DNA of 64,000 nucleotides from Iphione sp. A-MEVVRFRX5 (lineage: Eukaryota): positions 4,154,001 through 4,218,000 of the forward strand of contig OZ320321.1 of assembly GCA_976226885.1 (NCBI GenBank), read 5' to 3'. Position numbers and translations under genes: made by a program. Positions 14,380 to 25,168 of the stretch are shown here, piece after piece (position 1 is the first letter of the stretch; the number at the start of each line of letters is the position of its first letter). The notes beneath the pieces are model-generated. The model saw only the letters and a program-made list of their open reading frames with translations, had not been told where the DNA came from and ran no database searches.

Positions 14380-15550
14380 ATGAACAAATTAACCCAATGC
14401 AGCATCTGTGGGAAATGGATGAGGAACACAGAAAAAGTCCTTATCAACCACCTGAACTCAGAATACAACGATCCGAAAACGTCAACAAAAATCCAGGTTA
14501 AGTACCGGTGTTATTACTGCCCCAAATACTACTCTCACTACTATAGTTTGAGAACACATGTACATACAATACATAACATCAATGACAAAATTGAACTACC
14601 ACCAATGGAAATTATAAGAACAAAATTAACACCAGCCATAAAATGTCGAAAAGGAGTATGTAACCCTACACCGAATAATTTCATGGTTAATATAGTCTAC
14701 CTAACCCCTATCGTCTGTAGGACCGACAGAGCCGGCTGGAGACATAGGTGGGGCTGTAACTACAACCCGCAACAAGACCCTCTTAGACATGCCAGTATTG
14801 AGTGATGATAACACAAGTAACACCATAACAGCAGCCCCAGACAAGCCTTTAAAGAAAACTGGTCCACCAGTGATACCACCTCCGATGTGCGATCCAACAG
14901 TAAGAAAACGCAGACGTGCTGAACATCCCTTATCAAGACTAGTGAAGAAGCACATCAAGAACTCTGGTCAATGCCCACCAACTGTATGCCCCACTGACAG
15001 AGGCCGCAAGTGACTACTAACATCTGATGACAGTGAGGAAGAATCAAGTACATCCAAGAAGGTCGAAGTGAAACCATCAACAAGTAATACCAGTTTCACT
15101 ACCACCCTGCAGGCCGACCTGACCGTCTCAAGTGACGACGACTCAGAAGAAGAGGGAGAGATCAAGGAGAAGACTAGCAAGACATTGAAATCAGTAGTCC
15201 ACAAGCCAGAGAAGCCCACCAAGACAAGCAAGAAAGACTGTAACCCGTGCCATAGCCATTCCAGCAGTACAGTTAAACCGAGTACCAGTAGCACTGATAC
15301 AGACAATAATCCGGTAGAAGAATATATCCCTACTCCAATAGAAAAGCTACCCAGTAATAATAATGCAAATAATAATATGACAAGTGAGATTAACTCAGAT
15401 GTACTCAGAGCGATTCCCTCTGACAAATGGATGTTTGACATGCATTACATTATCAAGAAAGTTGATCAGCATGTGGCGAAAGCAATGGCTAGAGCTATGG
15501 TAGAGCGTAGTCTTGTACCACCAAGGAAAAGATTCAAACTGGACTTATAA
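14380..15550 (+). pseudogene. PLE accessory ORF: two C2H2-type fingers + Ser/Thr/acidic disordered region + C-terminal basic motif
   Basis: CSIC-x13-H (degenerate) and CYYC-x12-HVHTIH. Frame 14705-15550 is open except for one TGA (15011) and ends PPRKRFKLDL. TATAAG at 14233. Lies inside the pLTRs. Confidence 0.62.
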
Positions 15551-15612
15551 GAATTCACATCTGTAGTTGACTAATTGTTGCATTTATCTTTTATATTGTA
15601 TATGTTAAAAAA

Positions 15613-15878
15613 TTTTTTGGACTAGTTACCACATACCATATAAGGTAATTTCATTGACCTTTGACACAGTTTCATCAATTAACCTTTGACCTTTAACCTT
15701 TATTCTGTCCAGAAATTGGTACCTCAGTATCACATTGTCATACTTAATCATTAATGCTCCTGAAGAAGGGCCACCATAGGCCATGAAACGTTGAGCTTGT
15801 ATATAAAAAAGGAATAATGCCTACACAATCCTCAAGGAATCTGGCATTGGGTTTTGATTGACTCCTCACACTAGAATA
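15613..15878 (+). repeat. 3' pseudo-LTR of PLE, containing 68-nt GT-AG intron (15645-15712)
   Basis: Near-identical to 6371-6635. Confidence 0.88.
15756..15796 (+). ncRNA. Minimal type I hammerhead ribozyme (3' pLTR copy, core intact)
   Basis: GCTC-CTGAAGA-AG-GGCC accata GGCC-AT-GAAA-CGTT-GAGC: stem I GCTC/GAGC, stem II GGCC/GGCC, palindromic AACGTT stem III. Such hammerheads are established features of PLE pLTRs. Confidence 0.75.
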
Positions 15879-16254
15879 AAATCTCAAAAATATTGGAATC
15901 TCTGTCACTGATGATCATGCATTCTCTTTTTGTACTTGTTGCATGGTAATCTTTCATTGTTTAGATAAATATTATCATTTTCTCAAGAGTTCTGGAAACA
16001 ACTCCTGCACTTAACTGAATATTTTGAGGATACACGTACTCATTAAATTACTGTGTGAAATTCATATATAAATATTATTAAGCATATTTCTATGGTAATA
16101 ATATATATAATTATGAAACTTTTCATGTTCACTGCAGTAAGTGAAAATGAATCAATATTTATTATAGGTAAACAAATTAATACAATTATAAATGGCGCGT
16201 GAGTAGACGTATGTCATGGTGCTCTCCCGGTATTGAGTCATCCTAACGACGATC

Positions 16255-17925
16255 ATGGGCAGAAAACAACAAAAAACTGACACCAATGGGGCTCGTGTAA
16301 CAAGAAGATCACGCTATAGAAGTATAGATGACTGGATGAGGCAAAGAACGGAAAACTTCACAAGAGAAGTTCGAGTCCCCAAGGCGATGGGCGATAATAC
16401 AGGGACTCTTTCGCCGAGCTGGCTACCAACGGTCACTGTCAAAAGGTTGACAATCGGTGAGATTGAGAGAGCGAGACGATGTGTGGCAAATGATGCAAGC
16501 GTCAAAGGAAATGGAATCACTGATTCGTCCAGACAAGAGCAAGAAATTGCTTCATGTCATGACAGGAACCTGGAAACTCGAGACTTACCGGTGATAGGTG
16601 TCAATCTGGAAGGTGACAGTAGGAGGACAGGTGACACTGTTGATGATGAAGAACCAGGAAACCGTAGTATGGTGAGTGAACATGATGGACACTGTATTCA
16701 CGATGCTAGTACTACGGAACCTGATGTGTGTAAGGATCTTATTCAGGAGATGAAAAATAATCTGAAAGAGATGAAGAAGCAGGTAGAAAATGAACTGTCA
16801 ATAATCAGAAATGAGGTGGCAACCCTGAGACATGAACTTGGAAAGGTGGAAGGGAAGCTGGCAACAACAAGCATGAAGGAAACTATGAACAAGGAAGGGA
16901 TAAATTGTGAGGATCTAGAGGCACAATTGAAGAAGATGGAGGGCACAATTCAGGCCATTGGCACGAAATGCAACAACATTAAGATGGACCTCACTAGGAT
17001 AGAGGTAAAGGACAGATGTAGAAGGCTGATAATTGATGGCGTAAGAGCAGAGCACAGGAAGGGTCTCCGCGATAGGGTGTATCAGATTCTGTCTACAATA
17101 GCAGATGTCAAAGCCACAGAAATTGCAGATTGCAAGGTTTATAGTGAGATGAAAAACAAGCTTCGAGTGGGGGTACTACTCGACTCAGTTGAAGTTAGGA
17201 ATAAGATCCTTAACAAAAAAGGTATACTATCGAAGGAAAGGGACCTGAATCATATTGTCATCAGAGAGGACTTACCTGCTAGTGCGATTGACATCAATGC
17301 ACAACAACGTAGACTGGCGTATAAGGCGAGAGCACATGGAGACAAGGCGAGTGTGCGTGGCTTGGACCTGTACGTGGAAGGCGAGAGATACACCCCGAGC
17401 GACGCGGAATTTCTCCCAGAGTATCTAAAATCCAATGAGGGGAATGTCAATGAAACTGAAGAGGAGTTTTGTTTTGACAGGGACCACAATACGCTATCAC
17501 CCACATGGCTCAGACCGATAATCCTTGAAGGTAAACAATACCGCTCCCCGGAAGTTGCCTTTCATCACCTAAGATCTCGCGCGTTACGAGACCTTGCGCT
17601 GGCGCGAGATATAAACAACTGCGAAATAGCCGCAGAGATACGACGGGCTAACCGAAATCACGCTGAAAAGAACCAAGAATGGGACTTGATTTCACAGGTA
17701 ATGCTTGATAAGGTGATGATAGGTGTCATTGAAAACAACAGGAGGGCCAAGTTGGATTTGATTGCTACGGGTAACAGAAATATCAGATTTCTGGACTGGG
17801 ATGTTGAACTCGGAGACGGTAATGCTAGTCTGAAGCCGAACGACAATGTCGCAGCGGAGGATAGTATTGGGAAAAACTTACTAGGAAAGTCCTTGATGAA
17901 AATCAGGGATACTCTGTTAGTGTAA
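16255..17925 (+). CDS. LINE ORF1p: basic N-terminus, coiled coil, RRM/CTD, C-terminal NADAR (YbiA/DUF1768)-like domain
   Basis: Intact 556 aa. Heptad region ~aa165-255. RRLIIDGV...IVIREDLP...KASVRGLDLYVEGERY (ORF1 RRM/CTD). From ~17467: LEGKQYRSPE.AF...W....VM...NN...L.ATGNR...D...G.G...GKNLLGKSLMKIRDTL. Confidence 0.8.
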   Translation: MGRKQQKTDTNGARVTRRSRYRSIDDWMRQRTENFTREVRVPKAMGDNTGTLSPSWLPTVTVKRLTIGEIERARRCVANDASVKGNGITDSSRQEQEIASCHDRNLETRDLPVIGVNLEGDSRRTGDTVDDEEPGNRSMVSEHDGHCIHDASTTEPDVCKDLIQEMKNNLKEMKKQVENELSIIRNEVATLRHELGKVEGKLATTSMKETMNKEGINCEDLEAQLKKMEGTIQAIGTKCNNIKMDLTRIEVKDRCRRLIIDGVRAEHRKGLRDRVYQILSTIADVKATEIADCKVYSEMKNKLRVGVLLDSVEVRNKILNKKGILSKERDLNHIVIREDLPASAIDINAQQRRLAYKARAHGDKASVRGLDLYVEGERYTPSDAEFLPEYLKSNEGNVNETEEEFCFDRDHNTLSPTWLRPIILEGKQYRSPEVAFHHLRSRALRDLALARDINNCEIAAEIRRANRNHAEKNQEWDLISQVMLDKVMIGVIENNRRAKLDLIATGNRNIRFLDWDVELGDGNASLKPNDNVAAEDSIGKNLLGKSLMKIRDTLLV

Positions 17926-18017
17926 GTCCTTGGTGATTAGCAACATGTGGGTGGAAATGAATTGTTTGGCTGGTGTGACAAACTTTTTTACGATTTTGCT
18001 TATGTTCTGCTGCAGCT

Positions 18018-18713
18018 ATGAAGCTACAACATCCCCCGTTGGGGGAAGTCACTCATCAAACACGGATACTGATAATTGCGGATGAGAGGACAGCGCCTGC
18101 TTTCAAGTCACTAAAGGACTTCCTTCATCTCCTGCCACCGACAAAGTTGTACATAGTCACACTGGAGCGGTGCAGTTATAGACGTGTTGCCAGATGGCTC
18201 TCCTATGCAGATCCGAGGAGGTTCCATCTGGTTATTATTGCAGCTGGAGCTCACGACTGGCTCAGATGGGAGACGGGTCAGTGGTCGGTGAGCACTGGCA
18301 CTCCGGCGGAGTATGCGAGGCTGGTGAGCAAGCGACTGGCCAAGATTGCTCGACGATGCAAGGTTGATGAGGGGGGCCCACACCTGGTCCTATGTGGTTC
18401 CCCTGGAATCGATCTATCTCGGTTCGAACCGGAGATAGATGACGAGACGGAGCAGTACAAACTGGACGCGGCAGTGTATATCAACAACATACACTGTGAA
18501 GCATCGGCCACGTCCATAGGAATCAGTCCATGTCTATTTGCTCCACCAGTGAGCAATAACATCGATGGTGAAATAGTCAACGATTTCCGACTACTAGGTG
18601 AGGGTGGATACACGCCCAAGCCAGTTGTGGTAGGTGAATGGACATTTGCTGCCCAGATGATGATTGCGGAGTATATAAGGGAGTACGGTCATCTTCACCT
18701 GTCGACTGACTAG
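18018..18713 (+). CDS. SGNH/GDSL esterase-fold-like protein, catalytic Ser apparently lost
   Basis: Intact 231 aa; RILIIADER (block I GDS position), HLVIIAAGAHD (block III G.ND position). Esterase domains are known in CR1/L2 ORF1 proteins. Confidence 0.5.
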   Translation: MKLQHPPLGEVTHQTRILIIADERTAPAFKSLKDFLHLLPPTKLYIVTLERCSYRRVARWLSYADPRRFHLVIIAAGAHDWLRWETGQWSVSTGTPAEYARLVSKRLAKIARRCKVDEGGPHLVLCGSPGIDLSRFEPEIDDETEQYKLDAAVYINNIHCEASATSIGISPCLFAPPVSNNIDGEIVNDFRLLGEGGYTPKPVVVGEWTFAAQMMIAEYIREYGHLHLSTD

Positions 18714-20141
18714 CCTAAGATGGACAATGAGTGAACGGTCTGTCAGGACTAGTAATGAGGGGGTATAACCCACTCTCCTCCTGCCAAACAGAGTTGAAGA
18801 AAGGCTTTATATCAAAACTTTTGAAGGACCATTAAGGTATTGTTATGATCATATTCCAGAGTTGGCTCAGCCGGGGGAGCACCTATAAATCTGGATTCAA
18901 AGACTAACCTTGAACATTGATCGGACGAATAATACTCGCATTGGTACGAATATTGAATGTAAATAGCTTTGATATCAAGGAAATTAATTTTTTTTTGACC
19001 ATCTGCAAAATAGTAACAGAACCAATCTGCATTATATAACACACTGCCTTTTTACTATAGACAGTCGTCAATGGTCGGACATTATGACACACTGTGATAT
19101 ATAAGTTTATTGACATTTCTAGACATCTATGTAAATCAAGTATTTCACTATCATCAATCTAAGACGGGTAGAAGAAAAATTTATTGCATCTGCTAATATA
19201 TAGATTGTTACTGATTATTCTATCATAACTGACTTGCAGAAGACTAAACTCATTTTTTTGTTCCCTTTTTGCAATCGTCTACTGTGATACAGTTTATTAG
19301 TACATTGCCAGTTAAATAATCCCTGTCATTTACATTTATTTACACTACTCAAGGAGTTAACTGAAATGTCATGTTGAAGAGTGTTAATATCTATTGACAA
19401 TCAGCCATCTTGAACTGTTATCCAAGGATATGCCAGTAAGAATCCAAGACAGGATTGGTGGGTGTGTGACCAGAACTGCATGAACAATCCTGATAATTGG
19501 TCTATAACAGGGTCCCAATCTTTTGGGAAATTCGGTTGAGGTTGGCCTATGCACAATTAAAACTAAAATTTAATTAATAGTATAATTTCACTAATACCAT
19601 AATCATAAAATCCTGACTTTCTATATTATTACACTGTATCAAGCCATGTAAAACTTACTCTGACCATGGTTCAGATGGCCAAAAATTGAATTGTGCATAG
19701 GCATAGCCGTACGCTGACTATACATTAATCAAGAAAAATATCTGTGATATCTAACCCACCTACATGTTACTTTTGGCTGCTACTTATAATCAAAACTTCC
19801 TCATGTATAGTATTCCAGTGTGTTTGCATATATGTAAATGCAATACAAAAGTGAAACTGTAACAATGAATGTTGTGTGACTTGCTTCATTAGCTGATTGA
19901 TACGGTTACACCAGTACATGTCCTGTTAAATTATAGTAAGACAATAACAGCGTCACATTTGAGAACTTCGTACACGCCGGGTGTGTAGCATAACTGGTCA
20001 GGGCTAATGACAGCAATCAGACTAATGCATCCGCACCGCATAAAGGTTGTTAGTTAATAATCACACTACCCGTATAATGGTATATTACTGGCCACAGGGT
20101 GCAGGCGTTCATTACAACTCATAGTCCAAGTACCTATTTGG

Positions 20142-22939
20142 ATGGGAAAGATGGTTGGTTTAAAGTTAGCTGTATGGAATGTACGTAGCATTATAAGGAA
20201 GGTCTCAACGGTGGGTGACTTCCTCAGGAGGGAGGGGGCGCACGTTGCGTGCATAACAGAGAGTTGGTTAAACCCAAGTGTAAATGATGGTGAAATAAGC
20301 ATCCAGGGGTTTAAATTTACAAGACTGGACAGGCAGTTAACTGGGAAAAAGAGGGGAGGAGGAATACTGCTTTATTACAGGGAGGACTTTGATGTACTGA
20401 AAACGGAAAGGATTAACATTGAAGGATCTTGTAGTGACATACTGGGAGTGAGTTTGAAATGTGGAAACAGGCGTCCCACGACATAATTAGCGTCTACCGA
20501 CCTCCGGATGAGAAATTCGATATGACTAGTCGATTGTTGTCACATGCATGCAACACCTTCTTTAGAAAGGGGCGCAGGGACAGAATTGTAATGGGTGATC
20601 TAAATTTTGACCATAAGGCACCAGGGAGGGTGGGTAATTGGATTAATGGTTTCTTGACGGGGCATGGATTTAACCAGGTTGTCCAGGAACCGACTATGGT
20701 TGATAGTTCGCACATTTTGGACCAGATCTGGATAAAATCGAAGGGATGGCATGAAACCAGGACTCATGCAGAATGTGTCAGTGATCACTTACCAGTCACT
20801 ATGATCGTGAAAAAGGGGGTTCCACCTGTCAAACGTAAATCATACATCTGTAGGAGATGGGGGGATGTAGATATTGATGAAGCAGAAAGAAGGATAAGGG
20901 AGAAGGATGTCCTTAAAATGGAAGGAGATCATGAAGAAGCCTGGGATAGGTTCATTGAGTCAACAAAAGACATACTAGATGGGATGTGTCCGGAAACCAC
21001 AAAAACAGTAAGACAGAGAAGTGATGGCTTTACGCTTTCACATGCTACAAGGAAGCTCCGCAGGGAGAGGGATTCTGTTTTTAGTGAATGGAAACAGACA
21101 GGTAGTGAGGACAGCAAAAACATCTACAAATTCTTAGCGAAGAAAGTAACAAAGGCTATAAAGCATGAGAAGAAAATCTTTTGGGGTGGGAAACTAAGTG
21201 CAGCAGGTCAAGACCAGGGGAAAAGATGGGAACTACTCAACAACATTCTCTGTCGTAATGCATCAACCCCTAACCTACCTAAACGAGATATGTCCGGGAA
21301 TGACTCAGGGATGGCAGAAGGCTTCAACCACTTCTTTATCCATGAGGTTGAGAAGCTATCAAAGGGTAGAGCAATACAGGACACTCCAAGTGGGAAAATG
21401 AGGGAAGGCTTACCAAATGGTGAAGACCTATTTGAACTAACTGCTCCAACTCCTATAGGTGTAGCAGACCTGATCAAGAAAGTGAAGACAAATAAGTCGT
21501 CAGGTATCCAGGGGGTTCCAACAATAATACTCAAACCTCTGCTGTTAAGAGTGGCGGACTTTGTGGCTTGGTTGTTTAGTGAGACATTTAGAACGGGAAA
21601 ATATCCGGATAGTTGGAAGGTGGCAAGGGTTACTCCGGTCTACAAGAAAGGGGATATCAACACTCTGGGCAACTACAGGCCGGTTTCAATCCTGCCACTG
21701 CCAAGTAAAGTATGTGAAACCTGGTTCACCAATCAACTGGTTGAACATGTCGAGAAGAATGGAATGCTAAGCAAAAACCAACACGGATTTCGTAAGGGAA
21801 GAGGGACAGCGACAGCTTATGCTCAATTGGTTAGCAACATCTTTGAGAACCTCAACAAGAAGCATTACCTATGTCTTGTAACGTTCGATTTGCAAAAAGC
21901 TTTTGATCTTGTCCCACATGAGAGTGTTCTGGCAGCAATGGGAAGGTATGGGGTGGGACCGAAGACAACTTCCATGATTAAAAGCTACTTTACCAACAGA
22001 GGGCAATTTGTAAAATGTGAGGATCAAATCTCATCGGTAAAACCACTCAAATGTGGTGTGCCGCAAGGATCTGTCTTCGGTCCCACAGCATTCTCATGGG
22101 TGTTTGACAAGGTGGTTAATGACTTACCAAGGGGTGCTGAAGCGGTCATGTACGCAGATGACCTCTCTGTCCTAGCATCGGGCAGAAGTCAACTAGAACT
22201 TAGGGAAATGTGTGTACTGGTGATACAAGCAGTGATGAACTGGTGTGAAAGATCGGGATTTGTTCTGAGTGAGAAGAAGTGCACTTATACAACATTGGGT
22301 AAAGCACGTGGCATGGAACTGAACCTTTGCATCAATGAAAATCCCCTACAGCATGTTGACAAACTAAAACTACTTGGTTTCTTCATTGAGTCAAACTTGG
22401 GGACAAAAACAGCCTTAAATCATGTTGTAAAAGTGATGTGGTTATCTGCAAGAAAGATAGCGAGAGTGAAATGCTATCTGCCGGTCAACTTGCGGTGTCA
22501 ACTGTTCAATTCCCTTGTGTTGTCTCACTTAAAATATCATCTACCTTCGCTGTACTCACTAGGATCTGGGGGACGAGTGAGATTGCAGATACATGTAAAT
22601 CGTTGCGCCAGGGCCTGCATTCAAACAGGGGTACATCTGACATCTGTGAGGCTACATGAGAGGTTCAGGGTTCCGAGGGTGGACGACTTGATCAACAGTA
22701 AAGGTATTCAGTTGGTGCATCGATTAATCCATCTAGGCTTGCTGGATGAGGAGGAAAAATCAAACACAAGGGGGGGCTCCGGAGTAAGAGCCAGGGTGTC
22801 AATTCCTAGAACGGCCCAGTATGCCAAATCCATTCGGTACAGAGGTGTGTGTGGCTGGAATCGGTTGCCTGAGTGTGTGAAAGTGAGATGGATGCTTCCA
22901 AAAGAGGCTGTATGCAAACAGGCGAGTTGTGACATCTAG
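20142..22939 (+). pseudogene. LINE ORF2: APE endonuclease + reverse transcriptase, one frameshift near 20470
   Basis: WNVRSI, ITESWL, KRGGGILLY, VYRPP, MGDLNFD, ILDQIW, SDHLPV (APE); NYRPVSIL, FDLQKAFDLVPH, GVPQGSVFGP, MYADDL (RT). Confidence 0.93.
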
Positions 22940-23209
22940 TGAGAATCTAAGTAGGGCAAGCTGACTCAAACTCTGAAGAATCTAGAGGGCTAAAATGACT
23001 GTGAGCAAAAATTGTTAATGTCTACATGTCCTCAGGGATTGGGGGGAAGGACTGTTCATTCTGGTAAGAGGAGGAACATCATGAAGACATGTTGAAATAA
23101 GTCTTACTCACAACACCTTTTGGGAGGAAAGTTGCCTATTAAAAGGGGGGCAGTGTCGATCTGAGTAATACTATAAATCGAACCGAAGGGAGAAATGGAT
23201 TTTTGTTAT

Positions 23210-23984
23210 GATATGAATGGTATCGCAGTCAAACCAGCTCATTGAGCAATACCAAATGCCATGTTTTAATACTCTATGTATTTCAAACAATTGGGTTCAT
23301 ATACATTTCCCTGAGTTAATTTCTAACATGTTAACATATCTACTAGTTCACCTGAATACATTCTCTATGCAGTGCTTCTAATTACACTACAGATGCTATC
23401 TGGGTTAATTCAAAATGTATTACATGACTAAAAATTGTGAATGTCACTAAAATGATGCTTATGAATTTGTATCTTTCAATATCGAAATTCACCTCTACAC
23501 TCATATCCAATTGTCATATATTCATTGTTTGATCCTATTTTTAGCCATATATCATGTAACATAAACCAATCTATTGGGTAAACTCCTGTCAATCAATTTA
23601 TACTCATGTACATCAATTACCTTGACTAATTTGTAATGACTATGCTCATGAAGTCTTCCTTACGTGTTACTGAATTATGCTCTCCTAGCACTGACAGTTA
23701 TGGCATGCTGCTTTAAGCCAAATGTAATGATATACGTATTCCTCAATTGAATTATTGTGTTATTTCTATCTTATATTACTTTGTCAACTGTATTATGTTA
23801 CTTTCATCCTCCATTATTCCTCAATTGATGTATTGTGTTATTTCTTTCTTATATTATTTTGTCAACTGTATTGCGTTATTCTCACATATCTTTTCTCTTC
23901 GTATTAGTTTAAATGAATTGTCAATGATATCTCTGTACATGTGCGATGGAGACGACAATAAACAAATCTCAAATCAAATCAAAT
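23210..23984 (+). mobile_element. Highly decayed 3' end of a second LINE with (AAATC)n tail
   Basis: AATAAA at 23957 followed by caaatctcaaatcaaatcaaat; AT-rich 3'UTR with a short internal duplication. Confidence 0.4.
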
Positions 23985-25134
23985 ATCTCTCAATGTTGCA
24001 TCAGGACATCAAGTTTGATCTCTCCTCCGGTGTGTAAAGAAGTATGATGATGAAAAACCTAGTACATGGACTAGCAGTTTGGCAGAGGTGATTGAATATT
24101 GAAAAGTTTCTTTTGTACATTGTATCTTAATTTTCATGGTATCCTTAGTTAACTATATATTATTCTCCAAAATACTAAAAATCAACATATATCCATTAAC
24201 AAGTGTAAGTGGTACATGAGGATGTGAGGATGTCCTGGCTGCAATTGCTGAATGAAAAGTTCCATCACCACTTGTAGCTGTTGCAGGGTTTCTTTTAAGC
24301 CCAGTTGTTTTGAATCATTGTGAAATGCTATGATGATCCATGGGTAATAATCCATTGTTGTATTATTGCATTTCCACTGTATAAGGAGAGTATGTATTTA
24401 TGCATATCACAGTAAATATTTGAGAAACTTCATCACATATGATAGGCTGGCAATTTCTCACAGGTTATCGAACACTGTAGAGTTTGTCTTTCTTCATTGT
24501 GTTTTGAGTGGAAGATAGACTAATTCTGTCTAACCTACTTGTCAATTATACATTAATTTCACAAAACTAATACCATTTCATGTATATATATATAATATAT
24601 CAAGTAATTTAATTGGAGTATATGTGTAACTGTCCCAGGTCTACTGCAGGGTGTGAAAATCAATTAACACTTGTAGATCTCAAAGCTGTTCTGTTAAATT
24701 TAGGTCTATTTAAGAATGGTTGACAGGTATGATGTTTAGGTGATCATCCTGGGAAGATTTGTTGTATGTTTGGGTTTTTTTTAATCTGTTGATTAAATTT
24801 GTCATAAGTTTGTTAATTTGACTTCCCAAATTATGTTTTCCTACAGAGGAATAGAACAATTTACTGCGCTTGAGACTATTTCTTATTGACACTTCAAACA
24901 TGATATTTTTAACCTGAAAGTATTTAGAGCATTCAGGTTATTTATTGTTGGGCTCTGCCTTCAGTGGAGTTTGCTTGCATTACCAGAGTTGAAGTGGGGC
25001 TCCCCCCGGAGTGACAGTTTTGTATAAATAGTGGGTTGGGCAGAGTTTCTTTGTCATCAGTGTTCTACATCTTCAGAAATAAACTTCATTAAAGTTACTC
25101 AGCTAGTTATGTCTCTTTCATTGGGGTGTACAAT

Positions 25135-25152
25135 TAGTGGCAGTGGTGGGAT
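25135..25152 (+). other. Primer-binding site of Gypsy A, tRNA-Leu-like
   Basis: TAGTGGCAGTGGTGGGAT resembles TGGTGGCAGCGGTGGGAT and lies 2 nt after the LTR end. Confidence 0.7.
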
Positions 25153-25168
25153 CTTCTCTCCAGAAACT

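Larger units (their letters stand above)
6371..15878 (+). mobile_element. Penelope-like retroelement (RT + C-terminal GIY-YIG) with direct pseudo-LTRs, interrupted by piggyBac
   Basis: Direct repeats 6371-6635 and 15613-15878. PLE-type RT motifs (FYLLPKIHK, GRPIVSG, GTAMGTKMAPNYANIYMG, RYIDDIF). GIY-YIG (VVYVIQC..C..QYVGQTGR). TSD-like aaatctcaacaa (6359-6370) / aaatctcaaaaa (15879-15890). The two flanks join into one unit of the host background repeat. Confidence 0.93.
16190..23100 (+). mobile_element. CR1/L2-group LINE with three coding regions (ends approximate)
   Basis: ORF1-type gag, esterase-like ORF, APE endonuclease + RT, all on the same strand. The RT C-terminus (YLP..LF.SLVLSHL.Y; SIRYRG...WNRLP) is typical of CR1/L2 relatives. 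No TSD found. Confidence 0.8.

Noticed and set aside
14968-15441. 157-aa hydrophobic minus-strand ORF
   Set aside because: It is the antisense shadow of the A-rich plus-strand ORF.
20459-20486. Programmed frameshift between APE and RT
   Set aside because: No slippery heptamer is visible, and LINE ORF2 is normally continuous; likely an indel.
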